Of a stretch of DNA of 64,000 bases, positions 29,303 through 39,334 are shown piece after piece. The notes beneath the pieces are model-generated. The model saw only the letters and a list, made by a program, of their open reading frames with translations. It made no database searches and had not been told where the DNA came from. Each line of letters begins with the position of its first letter. Position 1 is the first letter of the stretch. Source of the DNA: a virus (lineage: Duplodnaviria > Caudoviricetes); the IMG/VR virus record IMGVR_UViG_3300026549_000037, positions 105,638-169,637 of that record; one strand, written 5' to 3'. Position numbers and translations under genes: made by a program.

Positions 29303-29641
29303 ATGAAAGACAAAACTAAATTGGTAGAAAAGATTTTTGAAGATGAGGATGGCTATATAAAGGCTTGGGCTCCTTATTTCACTCATAAGATTTTGAATGT
29401 ATCTGACCCTGAAAACTGGTATCAATCCGATGAAATTATTTGCAAAATGTTTCCTCTTTTTGATTGTGAAGATACTGTTCGTATTCTGTTTAAATCTTAC
29501 GATGATTTTATGATGTATCGCGATTTTGATTATTATAACTTGGATGGTAACTGGGAATTTTGTATGAAACATTATTTCAACAAACTTCCCGATACCGTTA
29601 ACGTTGAATGGCTATATGAACATGGGTATGTACCCTTTTGA
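29303..29641 (+). CDS. hypothetical protein
   Basis: AGGAGG RBS. Confidence 0.7.
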   Translation: MKDKTKLVEKIFEDEDGYIKAWAPYFTHKILNVSDPENWYQSDEIICKMFPLFDCEDTVRILFKSYDDFMMYRDFDYYNLDGNWEFCMKHYFNKLPDTVNVEWLYEHGYVPF

Positions 29642-29663
29642 TGGTAAAGAGTTGGAGGTCACT

Positions 29664-29987
29664 ATGAATCATAATATATTTTTTATCACAACGATTAACG
29701 TTATGGAAAAGGATGATAAAAAAGTTTTTAATTGGAGAACTCCTTGTTTCCGTTATTCTTTAGAAGAAGCTAAAAACGTAGTAGAAAAAAATATGTGTGA
29801 TATTTTTGAATATTGCTATGAATATGCTGTAATTGAAGAACTTGAACCCTGTTTATACCCTGAACGCAGGAATGTTTGGTGGTATAAATGGGATAAAGAA
29901 AAGGAACAATATTGTCCTGTTGAAAACGATGATACCATCGAAATTCTAAACGAAATGTTCGGTGAAAAGGTTGTAGAAATTGGATAA
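29664..29987 (+). CDS. hypothetical protein (D.FE..Y.YAVIEE motif)
   Basis: GGAGG RBS. Confidence 0.7.
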   Translation: MNHNIFFITTINVMEKDDKKVFNWRTPCFRYSLEEAKNVVEKNMCDIFEYCYEYAVIEELEPCLYPERRNVWWYKWDKEKEQYCPVENDDTIEILNEMFGEKVVEIG

Positions 29988-30516
29988 AAAATTGGAGGCT
30001 GCTATGAATGGGAATAAGTACAACGCTCAGATTTTTCCTAATGGTCATGTGATTATCTTTGAACAAAGGCTTCTTGATGAGGCAATTGAAAAGGGAAAAG
30101 AGATTCTTCTTGTTTGTGTTAATGCCGATGGGGGCTATGCTTATGCATTAGGCGCAAAATCTTATGAGGATTGCATTTACTTGTATTGTCAGGACATTTA
30201 CAACACTCTTTTTACGTCGGATGAATTAAAGCGTTTTCATGCAGCAATCATTGACGAGGGTGAAGAAATTATTATGAAAACTGGTTCTCATGCCACTGCT
30301 TATCGTTTTAATCGTTTTGTAGATGATAAAAGCGAAATTGAGAATCCAAATGATGAACTTTTTTGCAAAATGGATGAGGAAAGCACGGTTAAAAATCTTT
30401 CTAAGTATTATAATAATGAGGGAGACCCTGATGTTGAAGACTGGAAAGAGCGTGTCTGGGCTTTGATTCGCTATCATATTGTTTCGGAAGATGCTTTGAA
30501 ATATTGTGCAGGATAA
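29980..30516 (+). CDS. hypothetical protein
   Basis: operonic. Confidence 0.65.
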   Translation: MDKKLEAAMNGNKYNAQIFPNGHVIIFEQRLLDEAIEKGKEILLVCVNADGGYAYALGAKSYEDCIYLYCQDIYNTLFTSDELKRFHAAIIDEGEEIIMKTGSHATAYRFNRFVDDKSEIENPNDELFCKMDEESTVKNLSKYYNNEGDPDVEDWKERVWALIRYHIVSEDALKYCAG

Positions 30517-30536
30517 AGGAAAATAGGAGTGTTTTT

Positions 30537-30779
30537 ATGAAACAAATTGAAAATCTTAAGACTTATACTCAGGAAGACTTGAGAAAAGATATTGTCAAAG
30601 CTCTCTTCGGAGATAACGCAGTTCTTGGTATAGACTATGTTGATTTTCATTACGAACTTGAAAATGATGCTGGTCTTGTTGTTAAATTCCGTGATAAAGA
30701 ATCGCCTTTTGCAACTAAGACCTTTATCATTAGAATTGAAGATGCGGCTAATAAGGAAGTTGTTAAGGAGGAAATTTAA
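30537..30779 (+). CDS. hypothetical protein
   Basis: AGGAG RBS. Confidence 0.65.
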   Translation: MKQIENLKTYTQEDLRKDIVKALFGDNAVLGIDYVDFHYELENDAGLVVKFRDKESPFATKTFIIRIEDAANKEVVKEEI

Positions 30780-31108
30780 TGGATTACGAATACTCTCAAT
30801 CTGAAAACTTAACTTATGCAAAAAATAAAGACCCCATGTATGATGATGATATTCTTTGTAATAATCATTTCAATGGTCTTTCTTATAAGGAACTTCTTAA
30901 TCTTTGGGATGCTCTTAAGGACTTCTATAAGCGCGGTTATATTTTGAAGGACAGTCCTCTTGAGCCTTATCGCAAAGAATTTTGCGGAAAAAATATCAAT
31001 GGACTTTCGGATATGCAAAGAGAATTGCTTACAATTCTTTCTGTTAAATTTATCAATTTGGCTCTTACAGAAGATTGCCCTCATATGATTATCAGTTTCG
31101 GCGAATAG
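30779..31108 (+). CDS. hypothetical protein (ends in TAG)
   Basis: AGGAGG RBS. Confidence 0.65.
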   Translation: MDYEYSQSENLTYAKNKDPMYDDDILCNNHFNGLSYKELLNLWDALKDFYKRGYILKDSPLEPYRKEFCGKNINGLSDMQRELLTILSVKFINLALTEDCPHMIISFGE

Positions 31109-31134
31109 GAGATAAAGAAAGTTAGGAGCTTATT

Positions 31135-31242
31135 ATGTATAACACACCTGTCAGAATTGATTCTACAATAGTCGCAAGCCGCCTTAAAATGGCTCGTGAA
31201 AATAAAGGATATTCTAAAGTTAGGGTAAAAGGAGTTAATTAA
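31135..31242 (+). pseudogene. Truncated XRE-type HTH gene fragment
   Basis: MYNTPVRIDSTIVASRLKMARENKGYS then diverges and stops. Confidence 0.45.
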
Positions 31243-31247
31243 AAGAT

Positions 31248-31532
31248 ATGTATATCATCGGATTAATCTATCAAAATATTTTTACTGGGGTTTTTAATAC
31301 TCTTTATGTAGATTGTAATTATGCGTTAACTCCTCATTTTAAGAACGCTCTTCTCTTTGCTAAAGCTCGTCGTGCTGAAAAAGGTTTTAAAAACCATAAG
31401 CAAAAAATTCTTTTTGACGCTAATCGCTATTCTGGTAAGGTAAAAGAAGTTCGTATTTTTCAGGTAGGTCTTATTCCTATTGAAACTTTAGCAGATACAT
31501 ATAATTTTACTGCGGGATTTTTGGAAGATTGA
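31248..31532 (+). CDS. hypothetical protein
   Basis: RBS. Confidence 0.6.
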   Translation: MYIIGLIYQNIFTGVFNTLYVDCNYALTPHFKNALLFAKARRAEKGFKNHKQKILFDANRYSGKVKEVRIFQVGLIPIETLADTYNFTAGFLED

Positions 31533-31607
31533 AAGATGGAGAAAAAAGTAAAACAGGTAGTTTATCTTATGTGATACAATCAAGTTTGTAACAAACTTAA
31601 ATATTAC

Positions 31608-31678
31608 TTGACAAATTAAACTTTATATGTTATAATTGTAGACAGAGATTGGTGTAGTCTCTGTCTACTTTTTGTTTT
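31608..31678 (+). promoter_or_regulatory. sigma-A promoter immediately followed by an intrinsic-terminator-like hairpin
   Basis: TTGACA-17-TATAAT; gtagacagaga..tctctgtctac ttttt. Confidence 0.75.
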
Positions 31679-31697
31679 TAAGGGAGACTTTATATAG

Positions 31698-33116
31698 ATG
31701 TACGATTACGAAACAATAAAGCGTAATTTCGAGGGAAACACTAAAATGCTTTCTCATAAAGAAATGTGTGCTAAAATGGGAGAGAAATATAATTCTAATC
31801 CCGCTCAAATAGAGCGTCAAAGAGAACGTTGGAAACAAATTATTTCTTGGAAATATAATAAATCTAAAAAATCTTATTATGCTATTAAATTGTTTTCAGA
31901 AGAAGAAATTGTTTTCAATTTAATTGAAAGTAGTAGTAAAGATAAATTAAGTTATGCTATGTGTGCTTTTTTACTCTTGTATTCTGATTGCACTGATGAT
32001 ATGGTATTACATACCTCTTTTGCCGAACTTGAACGCAGCATGGGCTTTATTAATGAGAAATTTAATGTAGCTCGTTTTAATCCTCAACAGGCTCAGTTTG
32101 ATTGTGAAACAGAATTGCTTTCCTTACAAAATTCACGCCATTTAGGATTAGAAGAAAATAAAAAAGCTATTCGTTTAGCAAGAGAAAAAAATCCTAATGG
32201 CATAGCTTTAGAAAATAAAAAACCTGTAAATGATTTCTTTTCTCGTTATTCTGGAAATGCAAAAGATAGAATTATAGCTACTTTAAATGAGCTCAAGAAA
32301 AATAAAGTGCTTAATTATCGTGAAGCTCAATGTGGTGGTTTTATTGATTTAAATAATCCTATCTTGAAAGAGCATTTAGATGATGTTTATTGTGATGGCG
32401 GTTCTTGGTTTTATCTCGTAAAAACTGTTAATGAAAATGGAGAAGAAAAACAAACTCGTATTTTTGTCCCTTATGCGGATAGATTGTTGTCGGAAACAGA
32501 AGAGGCAAAATATTTAAATATTCAAAATAAATATTCCAGAGAATTGGGATATAGAGATTATGGCAAAGCTTGTGAAAAAGGTGCTTGGGTAGAAGTTAAT
32601 AAAAAGTCTCAAAAAGAATTACGAGAAACTTTAGGTTTGTTGTATGTTCGTCCTGCTGTTACTATTTTGTTCTCTCCGTCAGGCTTAAGTGGAAATCAAG
32701 AATATTACAAGAAAAGTTTGCAAGAAAGTTTTAGCATTCCTTTTTTAAATGATACTGTTCAAGAAAATAATAAAATAGAACAAAAGAATTTTTTTCTTAA
32801 TCTTAAGAAAAGACAAGAAAACGAAGAACCTGACACAAAAAAGAAAATTGGAGCTAAATGGTCTGATTCTGTTTGGGAAGATTTGAAAAAAACTCAGGCT
32901 ATGTATACTTTAGTCCAAAAAAGATTAGCTAAAGAATATTTAGATGTAACAGATATAAAATATCTCCCTGAAATTGATAGCGGAGATTGTACTGAAATTG
33001 TTGATTATATGTCTGATGGCGTAGAAATGATTAGAGATAATCAATGGCTTAAAGTTTTTGATAACAGTAATAGAAGAAGAAAAAATTATAAGGAAACTTT
33101 TGGCGTGGATAGTTAA
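31698..33116 (+). CDS. Large hypothetical protein, possibly DNA-binding or replication-related
   Basis: 472-aa ORF; precedes repeat-rich non-coding region. Confidence 0.65.
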   Translation: MYDYETIKRNFEGNTKMLSHKEMCAKMGEKYNSNPAQIERQRERWKQIISWKYNKSKKSYYAIKLFSEEEIVFNLIESSSKDKLSYAMCAFLLLYSDCTDDMVLHTSFAELERSMGFINEKFNVARFNPQQAQFDCETELLSLQNSRHLGLEENKKAIRLAREKNPNGIALENKKPVNDFFSRYSGNAKDRIIATLNELKKNKVLNYREAQCGGFIDLNNPILKEHLDDVYCDGGSWFYLVKTVNENGEEKQTRIFVPYADRLLSETEEAKYLNIQNKYSRELGYRDYGKACEKGAWVEVNKKSQKELRETLGLLYVRPAVTILFSPSGLSGNQEYYKKSLQESFSIPFLNDTVQENNKIEQKNFFLNLKKRQENEEPDTKKKIGAKWSDSVWEDLKKTQAMYTLVQKRLAKEYLDVTDIKYLPEIDSGDCTEIVDYMSDGVEMIRDNQWLKVFDNSNRRRKNYKETFGVDS

Positions 33117-33217
33117 TACTTCTGTCTCTGGATAGTCTGTATTTCCAACTCAATATTTCCAACTTGTTTAGCCCCCATTAAGCAACTTGCTCTTTTTTAG
33201 CCTTCAACGAATCTTTA

Positions 33218-33361
33218 TTTTTCCCTTATTTTATAAGGCTTTAGAACAATTTCAAAAATACTCACAGCCTTATATATATTATTATTATATTTATATTATA
33301 GGTTGTGAGTATTTTTGGAAAGTCAATTTTCCCTTATAAAATAAGGCTTTAAAGCAATTTC
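33218..33361. repeat. Direct repeats flanking an AT-rich palindrome
   Basis: ttttcccttatwwwataaggctttaraRcaatttc x2 around aaaaatactcacagcct-(AT)n-aggttgtgagtattttt. Confidence 0.7.
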
Positions 33362-33741
33362 GTTGACGCTCTTTTTTTGACATTTTGCTGCTTGACTGTT
33401 TTTTGATTGAAAAGTATAGTTTTTATCTTCCTTCGCTTGCACATTTATTTGTAGTGAAAAAAATGTCACTCCGCTTTGCTTTGCTCCATTTTCTTTCCCT
33501 ACAAAAAATGTGTCTGCGCTTGCTTTCTTTTATAGATGTTTCCACGTCCTTGTTTTTGCTACTGGAAAATATCCTTCGCTGCGCTCGGACTTGTCCACTC
33601 CGTAAAAATGCAAGCATTTTTATCGTCGTGTCCTGCGCTCTTACGAGTATTTACCAGTTATGCTGCGCTCCACAGGAGCTTGCATATTTCTTTATAAAAA
33701 AGGAAAATTAAAGAAAAATTATAGAGATTTTTATATTTCTC

Positions 33742-33770
33742 TTGACATTCTGTGAACCTTGTGGTATTAT
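33742..33770 (+). promoter_or_regulatory. sigma-A promoter
   Basis: TTGACA-17-TATTAT. Confidence 0.7.
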
Positions 33771-33885
33771 TATCGTAGGAAATGGAATGTAAGTGAAATG
33801 GATGGTGTTCTTAGAGTTTTAGGAATGAGCGTAGCGAATGACGCTAAACTCTTTAGAACACCCCAGTTTCAGGAGATGTAAAACA

Positions 33886-34329
33886 ATGTGTAATAATATG
33901 GAAAAGATAACAGTATTTGATATAGAAACTGTGATTTCTTGGTGTGCTGATGTTGTGGAAGAATATGAAACAATAAAGAAAGAGGGCTATTCTTTTGAGG
34001 ATAGTGAAGAGAGTAAAAGAAAAGAAGAGTATATGAAATGTTGTGAAGATTTGTTAGAAGAATGCATCTTCTTAAACGAGGATGTGGCTTTTGATGTGTT
34101 GATGAATAAGAATAATAAAAATATTAGTAAGAATAGTAAGAATAGTAAGAAGAGTGGAATTAAAATAAGGAAACTTGAAGATGCGAATGGCTGTGGTCCT
34201 TGGGTTGTTGAATGGGAGGAAAATATGAAAAAAATAAGAGAGGGTAGAAGTGGAAAATATGTTTTTGGAAGTAGTGGAGAAGAAGTTTTGGAATGGATGA
34301 GTAAAAGTAAGTGTTGGTGGCTGTATTAA
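33886..34329 (+). CDS. hypothetical protein
   Basis: AGGAG RBS; internal 9-bp NSK repeat. Confidence 0.55.
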   Translation: MCNNMEKITVFDIETVISWCADVVEEYETIKKEGYSFEDSEESKRKEEYMKCCEDLLEECIFLNEDVAFDVLMNKNNKNISKNSKNSKKSGIKIRKLEDANGCGPWVVEWEENMKKIREGRSGKYVFGSSGEEVLEWMSKSKCWWLY

Positions 34330-34361
34330 GTTAAGTAAAAGTAGGGTGGAGGATATTTGAA

Positions 34362-34991
34362 ATGTATGAAACAGATTTTACTAAAGGTGTTTATAAGTTA
34401 GAGGATTTCTGCAATGCTTTGAAAGACAATAATTGTATTGTCGTGCGAAATGTATTTAATGATTGGCAAACTCTTGTGGGTAGCACAAAGTATGATAGCA
34501 TTAAATACGTTATTACTACTGTGCATGATGAACTGAAATTCGGTTTCTGGATTGCTTGTAAGTACGATTTGATTATTACAGATTATGCTAAACAGCGATG
34601 GTTGGATTTCTTTTGTCTTAGTAAAGAAACAGAAAATATTTGGGAAAGATTGCTGTTCCAAAGTGCTGTGAAGCCTGTGGAGAAAGATTATTGGAATAAA
34701 ATTAAGTCTGTCAATGTCAATTTAAAGCAGAGCTTTAAAATAGATGAAGTTCTTGAGCTTATCAAAAAGAATTTAAAGAACCTAAATAAATCAGAAGATT
34801 CTCTTGATATGATGCAGGATATTCTCGATTTGCAAAGCATGAAAATGCTTATGAAAAATAATGAGAAGATTTATTTTGCTGGTAATCGTTGGTGTATTGA
34901 GGTTGAATCTTTTGGTGAAGTTAATAAATGGACTTTACCTAAGTGGATTGGAGATTTGTTGAATGATGAGTGTGATGAGTGTAAAGCGTAA
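34362..34991 (+). CDS. hypothetical protein
   Basis: GGAGG RBS. Confidence 0.65.
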   Translation: MYETDFTKGVYKLEDFCNALKDNNCIVVRNVFNDWQTLVGSTKYDSIKYVITTVHDELKFGFWIACKYDLIITDYAKQRWLDFFCLSKETENIWERLLFQSAVKPVEKDYWNKIKSVNVNLKQSFKIDEVLELIKKNLKNLNKSEDSLDMMQDILDLQSMKMLMKNNEKIYFAGNRWCIEVESFGEVNKWTLPKWIGDLLNDECDECKA

Positions 34992-35466
34992 GTTTACTAT
35001 TGATGAAGTTATTAACTTAGCAGAAAATTGTTATTCAGTTGGCTCTGCCAACTGGCTTCGAGCACAGTTCGAAGATTATGTTACTGTTGATGATGTTGCT
35101 GATTTGTGTGTTTTGAGAGACATTGGCTTTGAGAATGTCAGGTGGGTTAAGGACATTTTTGAAGAGCTCGGTGGTTGCTGGATTGCTGAAAAGATTGAGC
35201 ATGAAGTTGATGGAGATAAACATGGTGGTATGTTAGTATGTTTGAGTGTAAGAGTCGGAAGAATGCTTGACGAATACTGTAAGAAAGAAAGCAAGAACGA
35301 GAATGACAGAATTAGAAATAAGGTTGAGGATTTAATGTATGACTTGCTTGATAGTCTTAACAAGTGGAATGGGAACAATATGCGAAATGTAAATAGAATT
35401 ATTCTTGTCCTTGAAGATTTGGAGAATATTTTTAAGAGGATTAGGGATAAGCAGATAGAGAGGTAA
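34963..35466 (+). CDS. hypothetical protein
   Basis: operonic. Confidence 0.6.
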   Translation: MMSVMSVKRKFTIDEVINLAENCYSVGSANWLRAQFEDYVTVDDVADLCVLRDIGFENVRWVKDIFEELGGCWIAEKIEHEVDGDKHGGMLVCLSVRVGRMLDEYCKKESKNENDRIRNKVEDLMYDLLDSLNKWNGNNMRNVNRIILVLEDLENIFKRIRDKQIER

Positions 35467-35778
35467 AAGGTAAAAATGTTTTTGGACATTGAATATGTTA
35501 TTGCAGTCTGTGAATGTATAATTCATTTTAACGAAGGTTATCCTTTTGATAAAAAGTATATTGATGAGGGATAAATTATGGATGAAACAATTAAGCAAAT
35601 ATTAGAAAATCAAGAAGCTATTTTGGCGGGAGTCAGCGCACTACTTACTCCACATTGCAAAGGTGCGATGGATGTTAATGGAGAAACTTGGACGAATGTA
35701 AAAATGATTGACTGCTATCACAAGACAAGAAAATTACTTGGTAAAGAATAACAACATTATAAGTACGGGGGTATAGCC

Positions 35779-36177
35779 ATGAGAGATATATTGTTTCGCG
35801 GAAAGCGCGTTGACAATGGCGAATGGATTTGCGGTAATTTGTATCAATGCGAAGAGGATTCTGAAGGATATGTTAGAAATCTTATAACTCCAAAAAGTCG
35901 AAATGGAAGCCCGTATATGGTAGATGACAATACAATCGGACAATATACAGGGCTGATAGACAAGAACGGAAAGCGCGTGTATGAAAACGACATAGTGAAT
36001 TGTAAAACAAAGACATATTTGTTTGAAGGATATACTATTGAATGGTATAACGAAGATGCAAGATTTGTTATAGTGCAAAATGGTAGAAGATACGCCGTTT
36101 CAGAAAGTTTTGAGTATGAGGTTGTGGGCAACGTTTACGATAACCACAATATGCTGACAGATAAGGGCGAGGGATAA
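35779..36177 (+). CDS. YopX-family protein
   Basis: MRDILFRGKR...GQYTGLIDKNGKRVYENDIV...EVVGNVYDN. Confidence 0.9.
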   Translation: MRDILFRGKRVDNGEWICGNLYQCEEDSEGYVRNLITPKSRNGSPYMVDDNTIGQYTGLIDKNGKRVYENDIVNCKTKTYLFEGYTIEWYNEDARFVIVQNGRRYAVSESFEYEVVGNVYDNHNMLTDKGEG

Positions 36178-36691
36178 TTCCCCCGCCCTTTGTATTGAAA
36201 ATTACAAGGATTTACTGGAAGAATGTATTTGTTTGAACGAGAGTGTGTTTCTGAAAGATAAGAGTATCAAGATTCGTAAAGTGGATTTTGATGGTGAAAA
36301 TATCTGGATTGGTGAGTGGGAAGAGATGAATGATAGAATGAGAGATGGTATGGTTGGATATTATAGGTTTGGTGTGAGTGGACAGAAAGTTTTGAATGAG
36401 ATTGAAAATAATAAAAATTATGGAAGAGATTGGGTAAAAATGTGACTTTTGCAACAATTGTTATATTTGCAACAGTCGGTTTGTGGAAATCTCAGCCTGC
36501 TGGAAACACTCGTCTCCCGATATATCGGTTGCCGATATAGTGTAATCTGGTTCTTTTTAGGGGAGGAAGAGAGTGCAACACCAAGCATCTTGTTAAAAAA
36601 ATTTTTTCTCACAAGTTTCTTGTAAATTCCCAAATTCTCATAAAAATCCCTTAAATTTCCATAAAACCCCATAAAAATTTCTAAAACTCTC

Positions 36692-36720
36692 TTGACAAAA
36701 GCACTTCTATACATTATAAT
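36692..36720 (+). promoter_or_regulatory. sigma-A promoter
   Basis: TTGACA-17-TATAAT. Confidence 0.8.
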
Positions 36721-36783
36721 ATATATATCCTAAATGATATGAACATTATGTTTTCATTATGTTTTATGGAGGTGTTTCACACA

Positions 36784-37140
36784 ATGCCAGTAAATCCGAT
36801 TCGTATATCTTCACACGCAAAGCTTCGTTTTTCATCTCGTTTATCAATAACCCATAAGTCAGAGGTTTTAACTTTAACAAAGGCAGCACGTTCAAAGGGA
36901 CTTCCTATCCACACATTAAATATTTCGAATTACAATGGATGTTACAAGGACAAGTTTAATCTAACCTATCCAGAGTTTTTAGCTCTTAAAAACAGGGTGT
37001 ATTTCAAATCAAATGCGACAAAGGCGTATTATTATAAAGGACACATTTTCATTTTTGAGGGGAAGAGCTCAAAGACCCTGACAACGGTATATCCTATTAA
37101 TGTAAGTGGGTATGAAGGTAAGGAACAGCCTAAATTTTAA
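36784..37140 (+). CDS. basic hypothetical protein (SSHAKLRF...TVYP; RelE/DUF4258-like pattern)
   Basis: GGAGG RBS; fold guess only. Confidence 0.5.
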   Translation: MPVNPIRISSHAKLRFSSRLSITHKSEVLTLTKAARSKGLPIHTLNISNYNGCYKDKFNLTYPEFLALKNRVYFKSNATKAYYYKGHIFIFEGKSSKTLTTVYPINVSGYEGKEQPKF

Positions 37141-37237
37141 ATAAGGATTAAAAGGTTTGAGGTCAAAGGTATTCCGTATTAATTAAGCTCAAATTATTTT
37201 TTATTTTATTTTATTTAAAGGAGACAAAGAAAGTTAA

Positions 37238-37648
37238 ATGCCGAACATATATAAGCAGAGGAACAAGCTAAATCAGCTTGCATTGAAGAAGCAGAAGGAG
37301 TTTCCTACTCTATGTTGTATTAAGCCTATTAAGGGCTTTATTGAAGTAGGAGAAAAGGCTAATATTTTTAATTTATTTAGGGATAAAGGTTCAGAGGACA
37401 TTTATAATGCGGGAGAAAAGTCGAAAGAAACTTTGTACCAAGTAATTAAAGAAAATCATAAAGCAGGAGATGCACAACCTTTTCTCACAGCAAATGAAGT
37501 AAAGGAGTATTTTGATATTACTCCCGTCATTGAAAAAGGGCTGAATATTGAAGATGCGCAAATTGTATTTCGAGTGGCTGACAATAGTAAGAATAAGAGA
37601 CCTGTGTTAACCAAGGAAGAATTTGCCAAATCTCTTGACAACGAATAA
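37238..37648 (+). CDS. hypothetical protein
   Basis: AGGAG RBS. Confidence 0.65.
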   Translation: MPNIYKQRNKLNQLALKKQKEFPTLCCIKPIKGFIEVGEKANIFNLFRDKGSEDIYNAGEKSKETLYQVIKENHKAGDAQPFLTANEVKEYFDITPVIEKGLNIEDAQIVFRVADNSKNKRPVLTKEEFAKSLDNE

Positions 37649-37663
37649 ATAATATGTTATAAT
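37635..37663 (+). promoter_or_regulatory. sigma-A promoter
   Basis: TTGACA-17-TATAAT. Confidence 0.8.
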
Positions 37664-37708
37664 AGGTTCATGCTGAAAAGTATGAGCCTATTTGTATTGT
37701 AGTAAGAG

Positions 37709-38008
37709 GTGGATAGAATGATATATGTTCCAGATGTGGGCGTAAAAGTTGATTTGGATAGATTAAATAAGATAAAAAGAAATTATATTCCAAACAAGCC
37801 TGTAATAGTCTACAGTCGAGAGGCTGCGAACAAATTACTTCAACAAGGATTTCAAATTATAGCTGTTGAAAAGAATCTTAAACGAGATGGAGATGCAAGT
37901 ATATTTTTATTTAACCCTGATAATGGAAAGACATACTCAGCACTCTGTAAAATTTTAAAGGAGATGAGCGAATCAAAAAATAATCTAAAAGAAAATCTAA
38001 AAAAATAA
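37709..38008 (+). CDS. hypothetical protein (DUF5659-like)
   Basis: VYSREAANKLLQQGF.I....N.......IFLF. Confidence 0.55.
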   Translation: MDRMIYVPDVGVKVDLDRLNKIKRNYIPNKPVIVYSREAANKLLQQGFQIIAVEKNLKRDGDASIFLFNPDNGKTYSALCKILKEMSESKNNLKENLKK

Positions 38009-38032
38009 TTCCAAAAGCCAAAAAAGCTCAAT

Positions 38033-38226
38033 GCAGAGGTTCACAGAGAGCCTTGACTTTAATTTTATCAAAAAGCAGAGGTTCACACAGAACCTTTGGA
38101 ATGCAAAGCAGAGGTTCAGAATGAACCTTGACTTACCCCATTTTAAAGCAGAGGTTCACACAGAACCTTGACCAAAAGTTCACAGAGAGCCTTGACAACG
38201 TTGCAGAGGTTCATCCAGAACTTCTG
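38033..38226. repeat. Six iteron-like ~25-bp repeats (GCAGAGGTTCA-N5-GAACCTTGAC)
   Basis: copies at about 38033, 38075, 38108, 38148, 38174, 38203; internal AGGTTC/GAACCT dyad; AT-rich tract at 38291-38325. Confidence 0.85.
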
Positions 38227-38461
38227 GTCACATTGATTTTTCCCTTATATTTCAAGGGAAAAATGACCATTTTTTGACCCCTAATAACCTTATATATAAT
38301 AACCGTAAAATATTTAATATATATAGGGTCGCCTACGGCTCCCCTTTTCCGTCCTTACGGACTCTATAAGCATGAGATATAAAATTGTGAATGCATCGGG
38401 TTATATTTTAGGGTTAGTATGATAAGGGTGTACAATGGTGGTTATATTAAACTGAACAGTA

Positions 38462-39286
38462 ATGTTTCTGAGACTAAAGGAGATTAATAAAAAGATGAAT
38501 AATACAGTAAATGATACTCAATTAAGTAGTATACAAAGAAAATATAAAGAGACTACACATAAAGAATATGAATTTATGAAAAAGGGTAACTTAGGTGGAG
38601 TTAAGTCTATTTATATTAATTTATGTGTAATTATGCTGAACTATGAATGTTTCAGTATGAATGATGTAATTATATATTCTTTTTTGAGAGAGTGTTGTCG
38701 TTTTACTGGACATGAAAAAGCAAGTACATTAGTATCAAATGAAAAGCTAAGTCAATTGTCAGGCTTGAGCATATCTACAGTAAAAAGAAGCTTGGAGAAC
38801 TTAAAACAATATGAGATAATTAAAGTAGAAGGTAGAGGAGCACACAATAGAGCTTTAAGTCTACAGGTAGATTTCCTTGATACTGATTTTTCAAAATATT
38901 TACAAGATGAACTAAAAGCTAAGAAAATGGCTGAAAATGAAAGTAAGTTTGCGAATCTAAGTGAAAGTGTTAAGAGATTGATTCGTAAGTTTAATATAGT
39001 TGATTTAAGTTTCTTAGAGAAAGATGTGAAGCCAACAATGACTCGTTTAGAACTTGAGTCATGGATACCTGAATTGAAATATCTTTTTCTTAAGATGGGG
39101 ATAAGTAAGGCTGAACAAAACAAATCCATAAAACAATTCCTGTGTGCAGCCAATCCTTATGATTATGCTAAAGAAAGAATAAAGGAAGTTAATCCTGCAT
39201 CTGAACTACACGAAACAGAAAAAATAGGTATTGTAAAATACACTGTTTATATTTTAAGTTCTGGTGTAAGAGTAGCAATAAAATAA
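38462..39286 (+). CDS. Winged-HTH protein, putative replication initiator
   Basis: SNEKLSQLSGLSISTVKRSLENLKQYEII (HTH_36-like); adjacent iteron-like array. Confidence 0.6.
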   Translation: MFLRLKEINKKMNNTVNDTQLSSIQRKYKETTHKEYEFMKKGNLGGVKSIYINLCVIMLNYECFSMNDVIIYSFLRECCRFTGHEKASTLVSNEKLSQLSGLSISTVKRSLENLKQYEIIKVEGRGAHNRALSLQVDFLDTDFSKYLQDELKAKKMAENESKFANLSESVKRLIRKFNIVDLSFLEKDVKPTMTRLELESWIPELKYLFLKMGISKAEQNKSIKQFLCAANPYDYAKERIKEVNPASELHETEKIGIVKYTVYILSSGVRVAIK

Positions 39287-39334
39287 AATAAAATAAAAAT
39301 TCTAAAAGAGTAAATTATTGGAGGTACTAAAAAA

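Noticed and set aside
33385-33711. 108-aa + strand ORF
   Set aside because: No RBS, low-complexity Leu/Phe/Cys composition, and it lies in a repeat-rich non-coding island.
38033-38226. CRISPR array
   Set aside because: The repeats are degenerate, the intervening sequences are only about 1-17 bp, and no cas genes are present; fits iterons or operators better.
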